A stretch of 64,000 bases of DNA from positions 20,216-84,215 of the forward strand of contig CASXBC010000001.1 in assembly GCA_949474265.1 (NCBI GenBank). Direction: 5' to 3'. The notes below the pieces were generated by a model. That model ran no database searches and was not told the origin of the DNA. It saw nothing but the letters and a program-made list of their open reading frames with translations. How positions within the stretch are numbered: the stretch's first letter is position 1; the number at the start of each line of letters is the position of its first letter. Made by a program: the position numbers and the translations under genes. Below are positions 12,001-17,546 of the stretch, piece after piece. This stretch comes from an uncultured bacterium (GTDB lineage: Bacteria > Bacillota > Clostridia > Christensenellales > UBA1242).

Positions 12001-12914
12001 AAAACCTTGATGTTTACACTTTGAGAAACAACCATTGCTGCATTTGCTTCATTTTGCAAGAATGCCACAATTTCGTCAGTTGTTGCATTTGGATTCTGGT
12101 CAAAGAAAAGTTTTTCAAAATAAGAATTTGAGAAAGCATAAGCATTGACAATAGAATACTTGTTCCCGCTGACTTCATCAGCATAGAAAGTGTAACTTCC
12201 ATCTTCATTTTCGTTGTAAGTAATATAATTTACTCCGTCGCTTCCCAAAACTTGATAAAACACTTTTTTGCTTGTGTTTTTATTATTAAACAAATACTTG
12301 CTGTTTTCTGGAGTAAACAAAGTGTCAATGTTGAAGGTTGAGCCAACAACGACATTTTGCATTTCATTTGCTTTTGCAATCGCTCCTGAGCCTACAGCTA
12401 AATTAATTTCTGACACAGGTGTGTCAACTGCGATAATTGCATTTCTGGTTGGCAATAAAATATTTTGAGATTTTGCAGTTATGTAAGAATATCCATCCAC
12501 ACTTCCGACAATTGAGCCATTTCTTCTAACAAGTTCGACCTTGAAAGGTTTGTTGAGTTCGACCTCGTTTGGAATAGTAATAACACCGTCTGTGATTTTG
12601 CCATTTCTTGTCACTCCGTTTTTAAGGCTTAAAGAAACTTTTGTTTCTGTCACTCCTTCAGTTGTGCAAGAGATTGTAAGTTCGCTGTCATCTGCCAAGA
12701 AAAACCAATTGTCTCCGTCAATATTTTCAGCAAAACCCTGACCATCAACCGTACGCATAAATGCCATATCTTCTGGGTCATTAATCTTATCATCAAGTCT
12801 TCCTGTCAAAAACAAAACTAAAGCTGTCGCACCGGCAACGCCAATAAGTGATGCAACAACTATCATAATCACTTTCCAAAGAGCAAGAGGGGCCCTTTTC
12901 TTAAAACCTTTCAT
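1..12914 (-). CDS. Giant (>=4,304 aa, 3' end beyond window) membrane-anchored, predicted extracytoplasmic protein of unknown function
   Basis: Minus-strand ATG at 12914 with GAGGA 7 nt upstream. The frame (codon first bases = 2 mod 3) is open wherever I translated it and is still open in the same frame at position 3. No track ORF lies in this frame; the gene is missing from the track because it has no stop in the window. N-terminus MKGFKKRAPLALWKVIMIVVASLIGVAGATALVLFLTG is a signal anchor. Confidence 0.85.
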   Translation of the reverse strand, partial: MKGFKKRAPLALWKVIMIVVASLIGVAGATALVLFLTGRLDDKINDPEDMAFMRTVDGQGFAENIDGDNWFFLADDSELTISCTTEGVTETKVSLSLKNGVTRNGKITDGVITIPNEVELNKPFKVELVRRNGSIVGSVDGYSYITAKSQNILLPTRNAIIAVDTPVSEINLAVGSGAIAKANEMQNVVVGSTFNIDTLFTPENSKYLFNNKNTSKKVFYQVLGSDGVNYITYNENEDGSYTFYADEVSGNKYSIVNAYAFSNSYFEKLFFDQNPNATTDEIVAFLQNEANAAMVVSQSVNIKVLDIEVADVIVEPSKELAEVFVDKYFTLSTNSTDRPNDMSLGISIFDSGKKPAQVLLGRVGIKVPKGKADFSILGGRVMKVTTKEGNVVVEEETFDPDFDYSKAAEGVEYYILPRTGADIDYNNYYWSFASSSVMDTFKLEINFFHKDETGLWRRFFENGQEESINVLVKDGNNSVSLTADSLDLVINYDDNGKPIPAELELSADIGNSIYTRVAYFLYDNTRDGSVDIKDVFNCKEGVVYSKDYRGQNINISGVTPRENYTLYELFGNRLVVNKSYSGSVVVIAALVRTDVNGNLIPDSTDPSKYQLVCFSGAKVVNVDSTLSISNMTPTFSFKNGEPAKYNNQYYLPAINKNEDGSTKDMITFTLKLTSEDIAKDVEKVMAAYGKTLNVICCDRDGNAYQEQYLSLGSFAELVDQRTANMAVFEGTIIINEDFFTAGKNAVDQGKAISFKLTYDDGKEEREKLVGMNDPIDDGVVDYFYVYFQQPKELKVKYSETGNYSAENPIVVQISSGANGLQIDWGQMPLTAENYQATIDALNSLLTYTIVDQFGQEIKATDGVYSVQFNEERRDSNNVLVFDEEVAGSLGIPAKIKDFNSTNGKVVSTNLKVYVVDRKNGNEKVMAVNPDNTLSNVEMQSEMLTFEVSSEGLDYVKYDKTTDVTNTEDDSRFEDAPKNESKIVVTKHVSEDDEIILSNLFRIYTTGNSNANTDYQIVFDGTWLQDFQSGVLGVELKKMFQINDEAGNVNEQKNITEYANVPITKLKLNAPINPLKETKLTFRINSTNNLYSVTLNLYLTSDIEVNRSFENYETKYSEYLTDAPNESVSVFADESYNLDEYLVFNSSKYSWAKALVGKGLDLGSKESGIFFEKQGIASLNVVSADEIRLDIAAVRQYTSITIKIYYGVRSEYAFYTEVELYVNPNIIIEEKVNSLDENPILDLTQVASENVANYYSVWKATSYIRELAGGGTKEAVSLDGGTTYLSAKNLIYVRKDNDGFLTIKSGSDADGGGKFAFVDRKNIDVMNSYIQAFSLNDATDSALDAVKIKVDKDNAREVVKYSSKDRITIAFSVCYNQSSIDELITQVFPEASVVQYQGQTRLLILKDRQYSIADGFNIKAVEGRYIDKNSQNQLVTKNNLEFVDHDNKISVSTDVSDGTTKLEINLVLGVTVTNTGNEFVYYTNKNGEFNIFADENGNSLVDFDKLISANPNDLENEGVYETMVAGKSYKILHDIGTEYTRTTDTEIDPTKTYYIQGKSSFVVVESPSAEYLASYFEKNAPQAGFYYDSVLLEETGARREFSVEIVSDAYGYLNNLARYTDADRMLHINSMEAGLEGYILLKFTMKVSGTVSSNSYSWYYRIKVVSNFEIGNVNYPYNESSSENYGEYLDINSHYYNAETLTYTIDLDEKFNNSNSGRVAGSRFDKILWTTLPEGVITENYRLKSASSNAVSVSFDGRNISIAYRSESDKNSAVTIVIQKYWCVDDVEVVGSEMEYTFKLNQAKTYDTSLYRGEVKDENKVGADNVPSYDATIIAGSKEQIFIPSVREKDGEVTGDRETYGSYIKGNPLDLIDALKFKKVWIAEGTEVTVKMPITEELKSLILDSNEVLIEETDWIYANIETSIVDEKTKTNLVVYFANPSENPNQTYKIEDGKLWFSKNISVGESVYSAEIGVKLEDLIVEYLEKGLQEYFTTSDKNRVSTKTYYVIENGEYVEAVFEDGVDFEENTQYYEKYKNNPYETIILNPKDNISKDSTFELGIYTSEGIVFKINLKAESYFEWTLGEKTLASGKHYTFKNLITELSTKDENRKILDVGMSLTNGNDFYREYYPLTDDERRFINKTYYVLKDGKYQIAEFSEDEGFTAGVNYYERVNLKVSDMIVLSGMLTPDEEDKLNLDDIKLEIAPLVKDVNLKFDVTIKSASKDNLSDVSLYSFELEFVATKNFDENVGRQVQDTEWRYGQRPFSVIIINGDGEVGSVVTPKIYSEDAKPSKVSLIATENTTYKFGKGDGYSLVDKASLQDNNPELKITPDDVEEEMNSVYKTLTLVGMFKGKEISRFQVSYRYQIAKNVIINTNYPNPDEAKENTSSEEYISATTKADLDGSYVSTDFKNFFNTPATFASKDKDGKAQNRVNVYTAKKDGDTYVPYIPNSEEGGVQNKWTVSVSDITSNLKVSYSKVDNGKTVTGDVDSTSDEKARTILTNSLTGEINLKFTLLDVGKVESVTFKITVNKVSALYTVKVVNAPIIKVSTNTPNYNQNREEIYAEDLAKSEEQEIFAENRLLNYNFKGSALLGETYYVRLANTANTAENKIVPITVNDRGVIINIDLGKSFKTFKYFATYRSLEGAQAGNTDDVISDEEIYTTAPNLTSRIVVKYYDDRAIKLSEENYIKLGTNIGWNKTQDGYIADTILNSYIQSQAKALKAKDTLAVLNGVRYIKAYSGDAYAGYFSGIRGFNSSKPESLYSGVILLSNDKNAAKVCESNYSGGIVDDVVQTIYLSVNNVATPWYVYRASIDNYQEGKFSDASGLSNAIKLSGSTWDDCLQDLLQKTIYGYKKIENTVLSTSDYLKEKRYEIAVQVGGENGQTIFTNSQYAVYLKAEFGVSESSDSSTTPTAKTINAGEELSLLDGVDFGIYNARTGHKYSNSGAANTDNFKDSGGNVDLKIYGLPGLAITQAPNDSLTRAAYEIHSDLKKAPQNYDSTKDVIFKTGLTPRANGLNTGFNCVDEIDRQGIVESGSIDLNYLTYSDIVEGGKKVDFSIRARGANNDGNHVMMRITYTVNFGENSEAIVIAHNLLFKVMPNSSITFLTRHNSTASTTSANEVVGGQSYASNKESAYSIQNDDNSKGYEANVFYLWKKDNKEGSLVDNFNLSAIQAKMYKNNTLNNANTFEYTYEYSGDRDSKYNSFLDSVLYLDDEPAIPEEIKLDKKLDEFKVSLKELMLGDRQFYIDGVNEYGFRIRFYFTLSATEKPVVDSLTIDGEATDIVQEGQAVVVGAKYLPVAPAKIAVDEGSDQQWYQLLGTINYVREDNNNSGKGWADTILNIPGSVTKLYLSAETDTPYGTVIKKIGSISSGSVNIWQSSGKWKFADDSEPVIKVETGEKDEMYGNPILADVNFNENNYFSDDHQSEDNVQENLKGSRIAIYGLFTNGDNFTTFTNLKYAKAGVGENDLVIEQVYTAEGEARTPTISSQSSEDNNNKSKKALVTLRGISSYAFPAMGEDSIKGLNLDVAEKYKSRVNDIKVNKIEYLLNGKVIGTSVRGAQTNKEGNISLVTNGEYKFYNGKVYEDSYKVTNDTVKYPGKTYYEEKDGSYVIFKGEAFEKDHTYYERVQTAKASAEYVQTSDDSKVESKTYYTYDTNLRQYKVYEGAAFVKTNGYYIKDSKNFISVDTDHTFDSSKTYYTFDINTGKFKTFAGSDFVAKEGYYEKAAATEAATPIDGTPYANDADFMVPVIDSIYFNNSDKLANVEMKIYLVEGENKTTVSKFVTISRLENAATFNEVVKDNTVVGGPTDKKTLLNDTLEVVLDPGESVTFAISDSLNAFKEVPEASACETLSNRGQYRTTEYISISATIDKYKKMTHNFNSREPYPSNTIRSNNDFVLTVLEKTTTKDDIDFVYNGKALQVLTAASSKLQKYQESTDVLIVNNKIYYLKSDTTEGTYNAIRGSAFYRKIADNETLPISGKKYYMLENGVYNLVTAPIASEMRSYYEQVNNGSAANPFYHYVTYNKENAEKYSGKTFYTYENYNYKAVEKPVEGTKYFVQKTYFEMSYKLTSDSKVVAGKNYYLVDENKVYTVVTTPKNEELSTYYERVVSDVYANKTIAAYTGTEIVLNINDYSEISGLESTTARTLYFLYKGTQTNINSSVLNNTNMYYRMSKTFRVGTQYSSLTSDSVDTSGNIEFKVDNYFKAEKSADDFYYVIPRTVWGKKLKLNNDATKTLDAENAYKFTYEINKDVEGGAGGAFIDEEGNIFTDKNFDIQGSTITVNVYMKVSGQNRFYDVNSTKLK

Positions 12915-13012
12915 ATCAAAATCCTCAATTTTTATTCGCCAAATTTCAAGTAAATCACAATTTCGCTTGAAGCTATCAATCAAAATTATTGTTTACATAT
13001 TTCGACAAATTA

Positions 13013-13041
13013 ATTATACATTTTTGACCTATTTTTCGCAA
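13013..13041 (-). promoter_or_regulatory. Sigma-A-type promoter for the giant gene (TTGCGA-17 nt-TATAAT with TG extension)
   Basis: Minus strand reads cTTGCGAaaaataggtcaaaaaTGTATAATtaa. -35 = 13041-13036, -10 = 13018-13013. Confidence 0.5.
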
Positions 13042-13117
13042 GTATTTAACAAAGTTTTTTATTTTAAATAAATTATATATAAATTAAGGCAAAAATCCGC
13101 CAAAAGCAATCTTTAAG

Positions 13118-13146
13118 TTGACATCAAAAAAAATATAGTTTATAAT
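13118..13146 (+). promoter_or_regulatory. Consensus sigma-A promoter TTGACA-17 nt-TATAAT
   Basis: TTGACA at 13118-13123, 17-nt spacer, TATAAT at 13141-13146. The ATG at 13153 lies 7 nt after the -10 with no Shine-Dalgarno sequence. Confidence 0.55.
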
Positions 13147-13152
13147 CTTTTT

Positions 13153-13899
13153 ATGAACACAAATTTTGGTATTTACAATTATTTAAACCTTATCAACCGC
13201 CGTGTTGCAAAGGCCTTTCGAAGCACAGGAAGAAATCCTCTACCTGCGGATTTTAAAATCACGACAGAAAGCATAAAAGAAAGGCTCTATCTCAATCAAA
13301 TGCAAGCTGACTTATCTTATCCAGAGTTTCTTTTTGAGGACAATCGTGATGTCAAAAAAAGATTTAAAGCCTCTGTTAAGCAAATCAAACAACTTCAAGC
13401 AATGCTCAAAGATGAAAACTTTACAAAAACAATGTCAAAAGAGTTTTTATCAAAGTTTTCAACTTACTTGAAGCTTCGTCTCTTTGTCACAAATTCAATT
13501 TTAAAAGAGTTTAAAAGATATTTCTTCAATGAAATTGATGCGTATGAAGAAATTTGTGCAATAAACACAATTTTCTTTGAACTTTTGGATGGCACTTTTG
13601 AGCCAGACTTTGATGTGAGATTTTATCTTGATGGTCTTGAAGAAAAGTATAAAATTTTCTATCAAGAAAGAGTAAGCCGTCTTGAAGAAAAGGTTTCTGA
13701 GAAAACCAAAAAGAAAAGAGCTGCAACAGAAAAATTACATCAGCAAGAAATAGATTTAAACGCTAAGGTGCTTAAGGCTGAAGCTAAAATAATTAAATCT
13801 GGGTTAAAAACCGAGAAAAAGGCTGAAAAAATTAAAAGCTCAAAAGAAGTTTTTAAGTTTAAACAAGCAAAAGATAAAAAAGAAAATGTAAAAAATTAA
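13153..13899 (+). CDS. Hypothetical protein with Lys/Glu-rich C-terminal tail
   Basis: 248-aa ORF in the track, with a consensus promoter directly upstream. I recognise no family. Confidence 0.65.
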   Translation: MNTNFGIYNYLNLINRRVAKAFRSTGRNPLPADFKITTESIKERLYLNQMQADLSYPEFLFEDNRDVKKRFKASVKQIKQLQAMLKDENFTKTMSKEFLSKFSTYLKLRLFVTNSILKEFKRYFFNEIDAYEEICAINTIFFELLDGTFEPDFDVRFYLDGLEEKYKIFYQERVSRLEEKVSEKTKKKRAATEKLHQQEIDLNAKVLKAEAKIIKSGLKTEKKAEKIKSSKEVFKFKQAKDKKENVKN

Positions 13900-13907
13900 G
13901 GAGAATC

Positions 13908-15488
13908 ATGATACAAGCAATAAACATCTCCCTTGCTTTTGGTGGGAGAAAACTATACAAAGATGTAAACTTGAAGTTTACCAAAGGCAACTGCTACGGC
14001 ATTATTGGTGCAAATGGTGCAGGAAAATCAACTTTTTTAAAAATATTAACAGGCGAACTTGAAGCAAACACAGGAGAGATTGTTATCACCCCTGGTGAAA
14101 GAATGTCTGTTTTGGAACAAAATCAAAACAAATATGACACCGAAACCGTGCTTGATACTGTCCTGCTTGGACACAAAAGGCTTATGGAAATCCAAAAAGA
14201 AAAAGATGCCCTTTATGCCAAACCAGACTTTTCTGATGAAGATGGACTGCGTGCAGGCGAGCTTGAGACCGAATTTGCCGAACTTGGTGGATGGGAAGCG
14301 GATGGCGAAGCAAAAACCTTGCTTCAAAATCTTGGTGTTGGAGAAGAATTGTTTTATGACACAATGGGCACTCTTGACTCAAAAATAAAAGTGAAAGTCT
14401 TGCTTGCTCAAGCTCTTTTTGGAAATCCAGATATATTGATTTTGGATGAGCCGACAAACAATCTTGACTTCAAAACAATCAGATGGCTTGAAAACTTTTT
14501 GTTGGACTTTGAAAACATTGTAATTATTGTCTCTCACAACAGACACTTCTTAAACAAGGTTTGCACTCATATTTGCGATGTTGACTTTGGTGAAATCAAT
14601 ATGTATCTTGGAAACTATGATTTTTGGTACGAAACAAGTCAGCTTCTTGCTAGACAAGCAAAAGACCAAAACAAAAAAGCAGAACAACGTGCAAAAGAAC
14701 TTAAGGAATTTATCGCAAGATTCTCTGCCAATGCTTCAAAATCAAAGCAAGCAACAAGCAGAAAGAAAGAACTTGAAAAACTTACCCTTGACGACTTTAG
14801 ACCTTCTTCAAGAAAATATCCTTATGTTGATTTCAAATATGAACAAGAAATTGGAAAAGAGATTTTGAAAGTTGAAGGCTTGACAAAAGCAGGTATGTTT
14901 AAAAACCTTTCGTTTACTGTTGAAAAAGACCAAAAGATTGTTTTCCTTTCTCAAAACAGTATGGTGCTAACAACTCTCTTCAACATTCTTGCAGGCAAAG
15001 AAGAAGCTGACAGTGGAAGTGTTCGCTGGGGAAAAACAATCAAGTCATCTTATCTCCCACAAGACAACAGAGAATATTTTGATGGTTGCCACCTTTCAAT
15101 TGTGGATTGGCTCAGACAATATTCAAAAGACAAAACAGAAAGCTATGTGAGAGGCTGGCTTGGAAGAATGCTTTTCTCTGGAGAGGAAAGCTTGAAAGAA
15201 GTCAATGTCCTTTCAGGTGGAGAAAAGGTAAGATGTATGCTTGCAAAGATAATGCTTGAATCTGGAAACGCATTGATTTTGGACGAACCTACAAACCACC
15301 TTGACCTTGAAAGCATAACCTCCCTCAACAAAGGAATGACAAACTTCAAAGGAGCAATGCTTTTTACAACAGGAGACCAAGAAATAATTGAAACTGTTGC
15401 AAACAGAATTATTGACATTGTTGATGAAAATACTATTATTGATAAACAAATGACTTACGAAGAATATATGGAAAAATATAAAAATTAA
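13908..15488 (+). CDS. ABC-F family ATPase (two nucleotide-binding domains, no transmembrane domain)
   Basis: Walker A GANGAGKST; signature LSGGEKVR in the second half; two tandem ABC domains joined by a charged linker; 526 aa. Confidence 0.9.
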   Translation: MIQAINISLAFGGRKLYKDVNLKFTKGNCYGIIGANGAGKSTFLKILTGELEANTGEIVITPGERMSVLEQNQNKYDTETVLDTVLLGHKRLMEIQKEKDALYAKPDFSDEDGLRAGELETEFAELGGWEADGEAKTLLQNLGVGEELFYDTMGTLDSKIKVKVLLAQALFGNPDILILDEPTNNLDFKTIRWLENFLLDFENIVIIVSHNRHFLNKVCTHICDVDFGEINMYLGNYDFWYETSQLLARQAKDQNKKAEQRAKELKEFIARFSANASKSKQATSRKKELEKLTLDDFRPSSRKYPYVDFKYEQEIGKEILKVEGLTKAGMFKNLSFTVEKDQKIVFLSQNSMVLTTLFNILAGKEEADSGSVRWGKTIKSSYLPQDNREYFDGCHLSIVDWLRQYSKDKTESYVRGWLGRMLFSGEESLKEVNVLSGGEKVRCMLAKIMLESGNALILDEPTNHLDLESITSLNKGMTNFKGAMLFTTGDQEIIETVANRIIDIVDENTIIDKQMTYEEYMEKYKN

Positions 15489-15508
15489 GGGTCTGCGACC
15501 CTTTTTTT
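15489..15508 (+). terminator. Rho-independent terminator after the ABC-F gene
   Basis: Stem GGGTC, loop tgc, stem GACCC, followed by a T7 run. Confidence 0.8.
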
Positions 15509-15813
15509 GTTTATTTTTAAATTATTTTTTATTTTAATTAATTATTTTTTTAATTAATTTTAAAAATATAAAACAAACAATAAAAATTGCTAAAAATTCG
15601 TTTTTTAGGCACTTGTAGCGTTTTTTTAATTAAAATTATTTTATATTTTTTTATTATTTAAAATTAAGAATATATTTAATTTTATTTTTTATTAATTAAT
15701 TATTATTTTTAAAAAAATTATTTAATATAATTAAAATATATTTTTAATTAATATTTTTCATATTATTATAAATTGTCAACCGACAAATAATTTAAAAAAA
15801 GTTAAAAATTGAA
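15509..15813. other. Extreme A+T tract (>90% A+T) with TTAATTAATT-type reiterations and no ORF
   Basis: By direct count, about 20 G/C bases in 15509-15780 and only about 2 G/C between 15621 and 15768. Motifs such as ttaattaatt and attatttttt recur. Confidence 0.6.
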
Positions 15814-15842
15814 TTGACTTTTCTTTTCTTTTAGCATAAAAT
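15814..15842 (+). promoter_or_regulatory. Candidate promoter for the glyQS leader (TTGACT-17 nt-TAAAAT)
   Basis: TTGACT at 15814-15819, TAAAAT at 15837-15842. Confidence 0.45.
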
Positions 15843-15848
15843 AAAAAC

Positions 15849-15991
15849 AGCAATGACGGAATTGGCAACTCCACCAGCTAGACGCTTGTCGGCGTAAAGA
15901 CATTTAATGAAGACAAGAATTTTCTTGTGAAGTAGGGTGGAACAGCGACCTTAAAACTCGCCCCTATGCTTAAACGGCATAGGGCTTTTTT
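15849..15991 (+). promoter_or_regulatory. T-box leader (tRNA-Gly type) with terminator/antiterminator switch upstream of glyQS
   Basis: T-box core AGTAGGGTGGAACAGCG at 15931-15947, whose UGGA bulge fits a U73 tRNA-Gly. Stem III ACAAGA/TCTTGT lies just upstream. Terminator CCCTATGC-ttaaacg-GCATAGGG plus T6 at 15962-15991; its 5' arm can alternatively pair with TAGGG of the T-box. GGC triplets are present, but Stem I is not canonical by eye. Confidence 0.7.
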
Positions 15992-16051
15992 ATTAAGTCG
16001 GTTTGCCAAAAAATTTAATTTGCGTCACAGACGCCAAAAAAGGAGAAGATT

Positions 16052-17443
16052 ATGGAACAAAAAGATTTAACAATGGACAAAATCCTCAATCTCTGCAAAA
16101 GCCGTGGTTTTGTTTTTCCTGGAAGTGAGATTTATGGAGGATTGGCAAACAGCTGGGATTATGGTCCAATCGGAAGCGAACTTAAGAAAAACATTAAAGA
16201 ACTTTGGTGGAAGAGATTTGTTCATGAAAATGAATACAATGTCGGCATTGATGCAGCAATCATTATGAACCCAAGAGTTTGGCAAGCAAGTGGACACCTC
16301 TCTGGTTTTTCTGACCCTCTTATTGATTGCAAAAACTGTAAGACTAGACACCGTGCAGATAAATTGATTGAAGATTATGTTGCTCAAAACAACATCTCTC
16401 TCAATGTTGGAGAACTCAACAACTCTGCTATGGAAAAATACATTGCAGACAACAAAATTAAATGTCCAAACTGTTCAAAGAGTGACTTTACCCCTCTGAG
16501 AAACTTCAACCTTATGTTTAAAACCTTTATGGGAGTTACGGAAGATTCAAAAAATGAAGTGTACTTAAGACCAGAAACAGCACAAGCAATGTTTGTGGAT
16601 TACAAAAATGTTGTTCGTACTCAAAGACCAAAGATGCCTTTTGGTATCGCTCAAATGGGAAGAAGTTTCAGAAATGAAATCACCCCAGGAAACTTTATCT
16701 TCCGCACTCGTGAGTTTGAACAAATGGAACTTGAGTTTTTCTGCAAGCCTGGCACTGACCTTGAATGGTTTAAATATTATAAAGAACAGATGAGAAATTG
16801 GCTTTATGATTTGGGAATTAAAAAAGAGAATCTTAGAGAAAGAGACCACTCAGCTGAAGAACTTTGCTTCTACAGCAAAGCAACTTGCGACTTTGAATTT
16901 TTGTTTCCATTTGGATGGGGCGAACTTTGGGGAATTGCTGACAGAACAGATTATGACCTCGCACAACATCAAACTTTTAGCGGAGAAAACATGGAGTATA
17001 TAGACCCAATCACAAACGAAAAATATATTCCTTATGTCGTTGAACCTGCTCTTGGAGTTGACAGAATGTTTTTGACTGTGCTTTGCAATGCTTATGATGA
17101 AGAAGTTGTTGGAGAAAATGACACAAGAGTTGTGTTGCACCTGCTTCCTGCTCTCGCACCTTACAAAGTTGCTGTGCTTCCTCTTTCAAAGAAATTATCT
17201 GATAAGGCACGTGAAGTTTACAGAAAACTTACAAAAGATTTCTGTTGCGATTATGACGAATCTGGCTCAATTGGAAAAAGATACCGTCGTGAAGATGAAA
17301 TAGGAACTCCTTTCTGCGTAACAGTTGATTTTGATACGCTTGAAGATGACACAGTGACAATACGTGACCGTGACACAATGCAACAAATCCGACTTCCAAT
17401 AGCAGAGCTTTCTGATTATATCAGCAAAGCAATCAAGTTTTAA
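16052..17443 (+). CDS. glyQS: Glycine--tRNA ligase, single-chain (alpha2) type
   Basis: 463 aa; N-terminus ...[27 protein letters not shown] is typical of GlyQS; RBS AAGGAG; T-box leader upstream. Confidence 0.95.
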   Translation: MEQKDLTMDKILNLCKSRGFVFPGSEIYGGLANSWDYGPIGSELKKNIKELWWKRFVHENEYNVGIDAAIIMNPRVWQASGHLSGFSDPLIDCKNCKTRHRADKLIEDYVAQNNISLNVGELNNSAMEKYIADNKIKCPNCSKSDFTPLRNFNLMFKTFMGVTEDSKNEVYLRPETAQAMFVDYKNVVRTQRPKMPFGIAQMGRSFRNEITPGNFIFRTREFEQMELEFFCKPGTDLEWFKYYKEQMRNWLYDLGIKKENLRERDHSAEELCFYSKATCDFEFLFPFGWGELWGIADRTDYDLAQHQTFSGENMEYIDPITNEKYIPYVVEPALGVDRMFLTVLCNAYDEEVVGENDTRVVLHLLPALAPYKVAVLPLSKKLSDKAREVYRKLTKDFCCDYDESGSIGKRYRREDEIGTPFCVTVDFDTLEDDTVTIRDRDTMQQIRLPIAELSDYISKAIKF

Positions 17444-17470
17444 TTTTTAGAAATATTTTATAAAAGAAAA

Positions 17471-17536
17471 AGAAGAGGTACTTGCCTCTTCTTTTTTAAT
17501 AAAAAACAACTCTTAAAAAAGGAGAGTTGTTTTTTG
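17471..17536. terminator. Two hairpin terminators between the convergent glyQS and small membrane-protein gene
   Basis: AGAAGAGG-tacttg-CCTCTTCT plus T-run (17471-17497). AACAACTCT-taaaaaagg-AGAGTTGTT flanked by A- and T-runs (17505-17536). Confidence 0.7.
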
Positions 17537-17546
17537 ATTTGAACTA

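Noticed and set aside
485-12741. About 35 short track ORFs (60-134 aa) scattered over the first 12.9 kb
   Set aside because: All are on the plus strand or in the wrong minus-strand frame relative to the continuous giant ORF. Their translations are low-complexity (Cys/Phe/Leu/Ser/Gln-rich) with no RBS context. They are shadow ORFs of the giant gene.
1-12914. The idea that the apparent lack of ORFs here means non-coding DNA or an alternative genetic code
   Set aside because: The minus-strand frame is open with the standard code. TGG encodes Trp and TGA/TAA/TAG terminate normally in all other genes of the window. The gap in the track is an artefact of the ORF running off the window edge.
15509-15813. 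The AT-rich tract as a second oriC, a CRISPR leader or an array
   Set aside because: It has no DnaA boxes (TTATCCACA-like) and no repeat-spacer periodicity. The reiterations are short and degenerate. I kept it only as an unexplained compositional anomaly.
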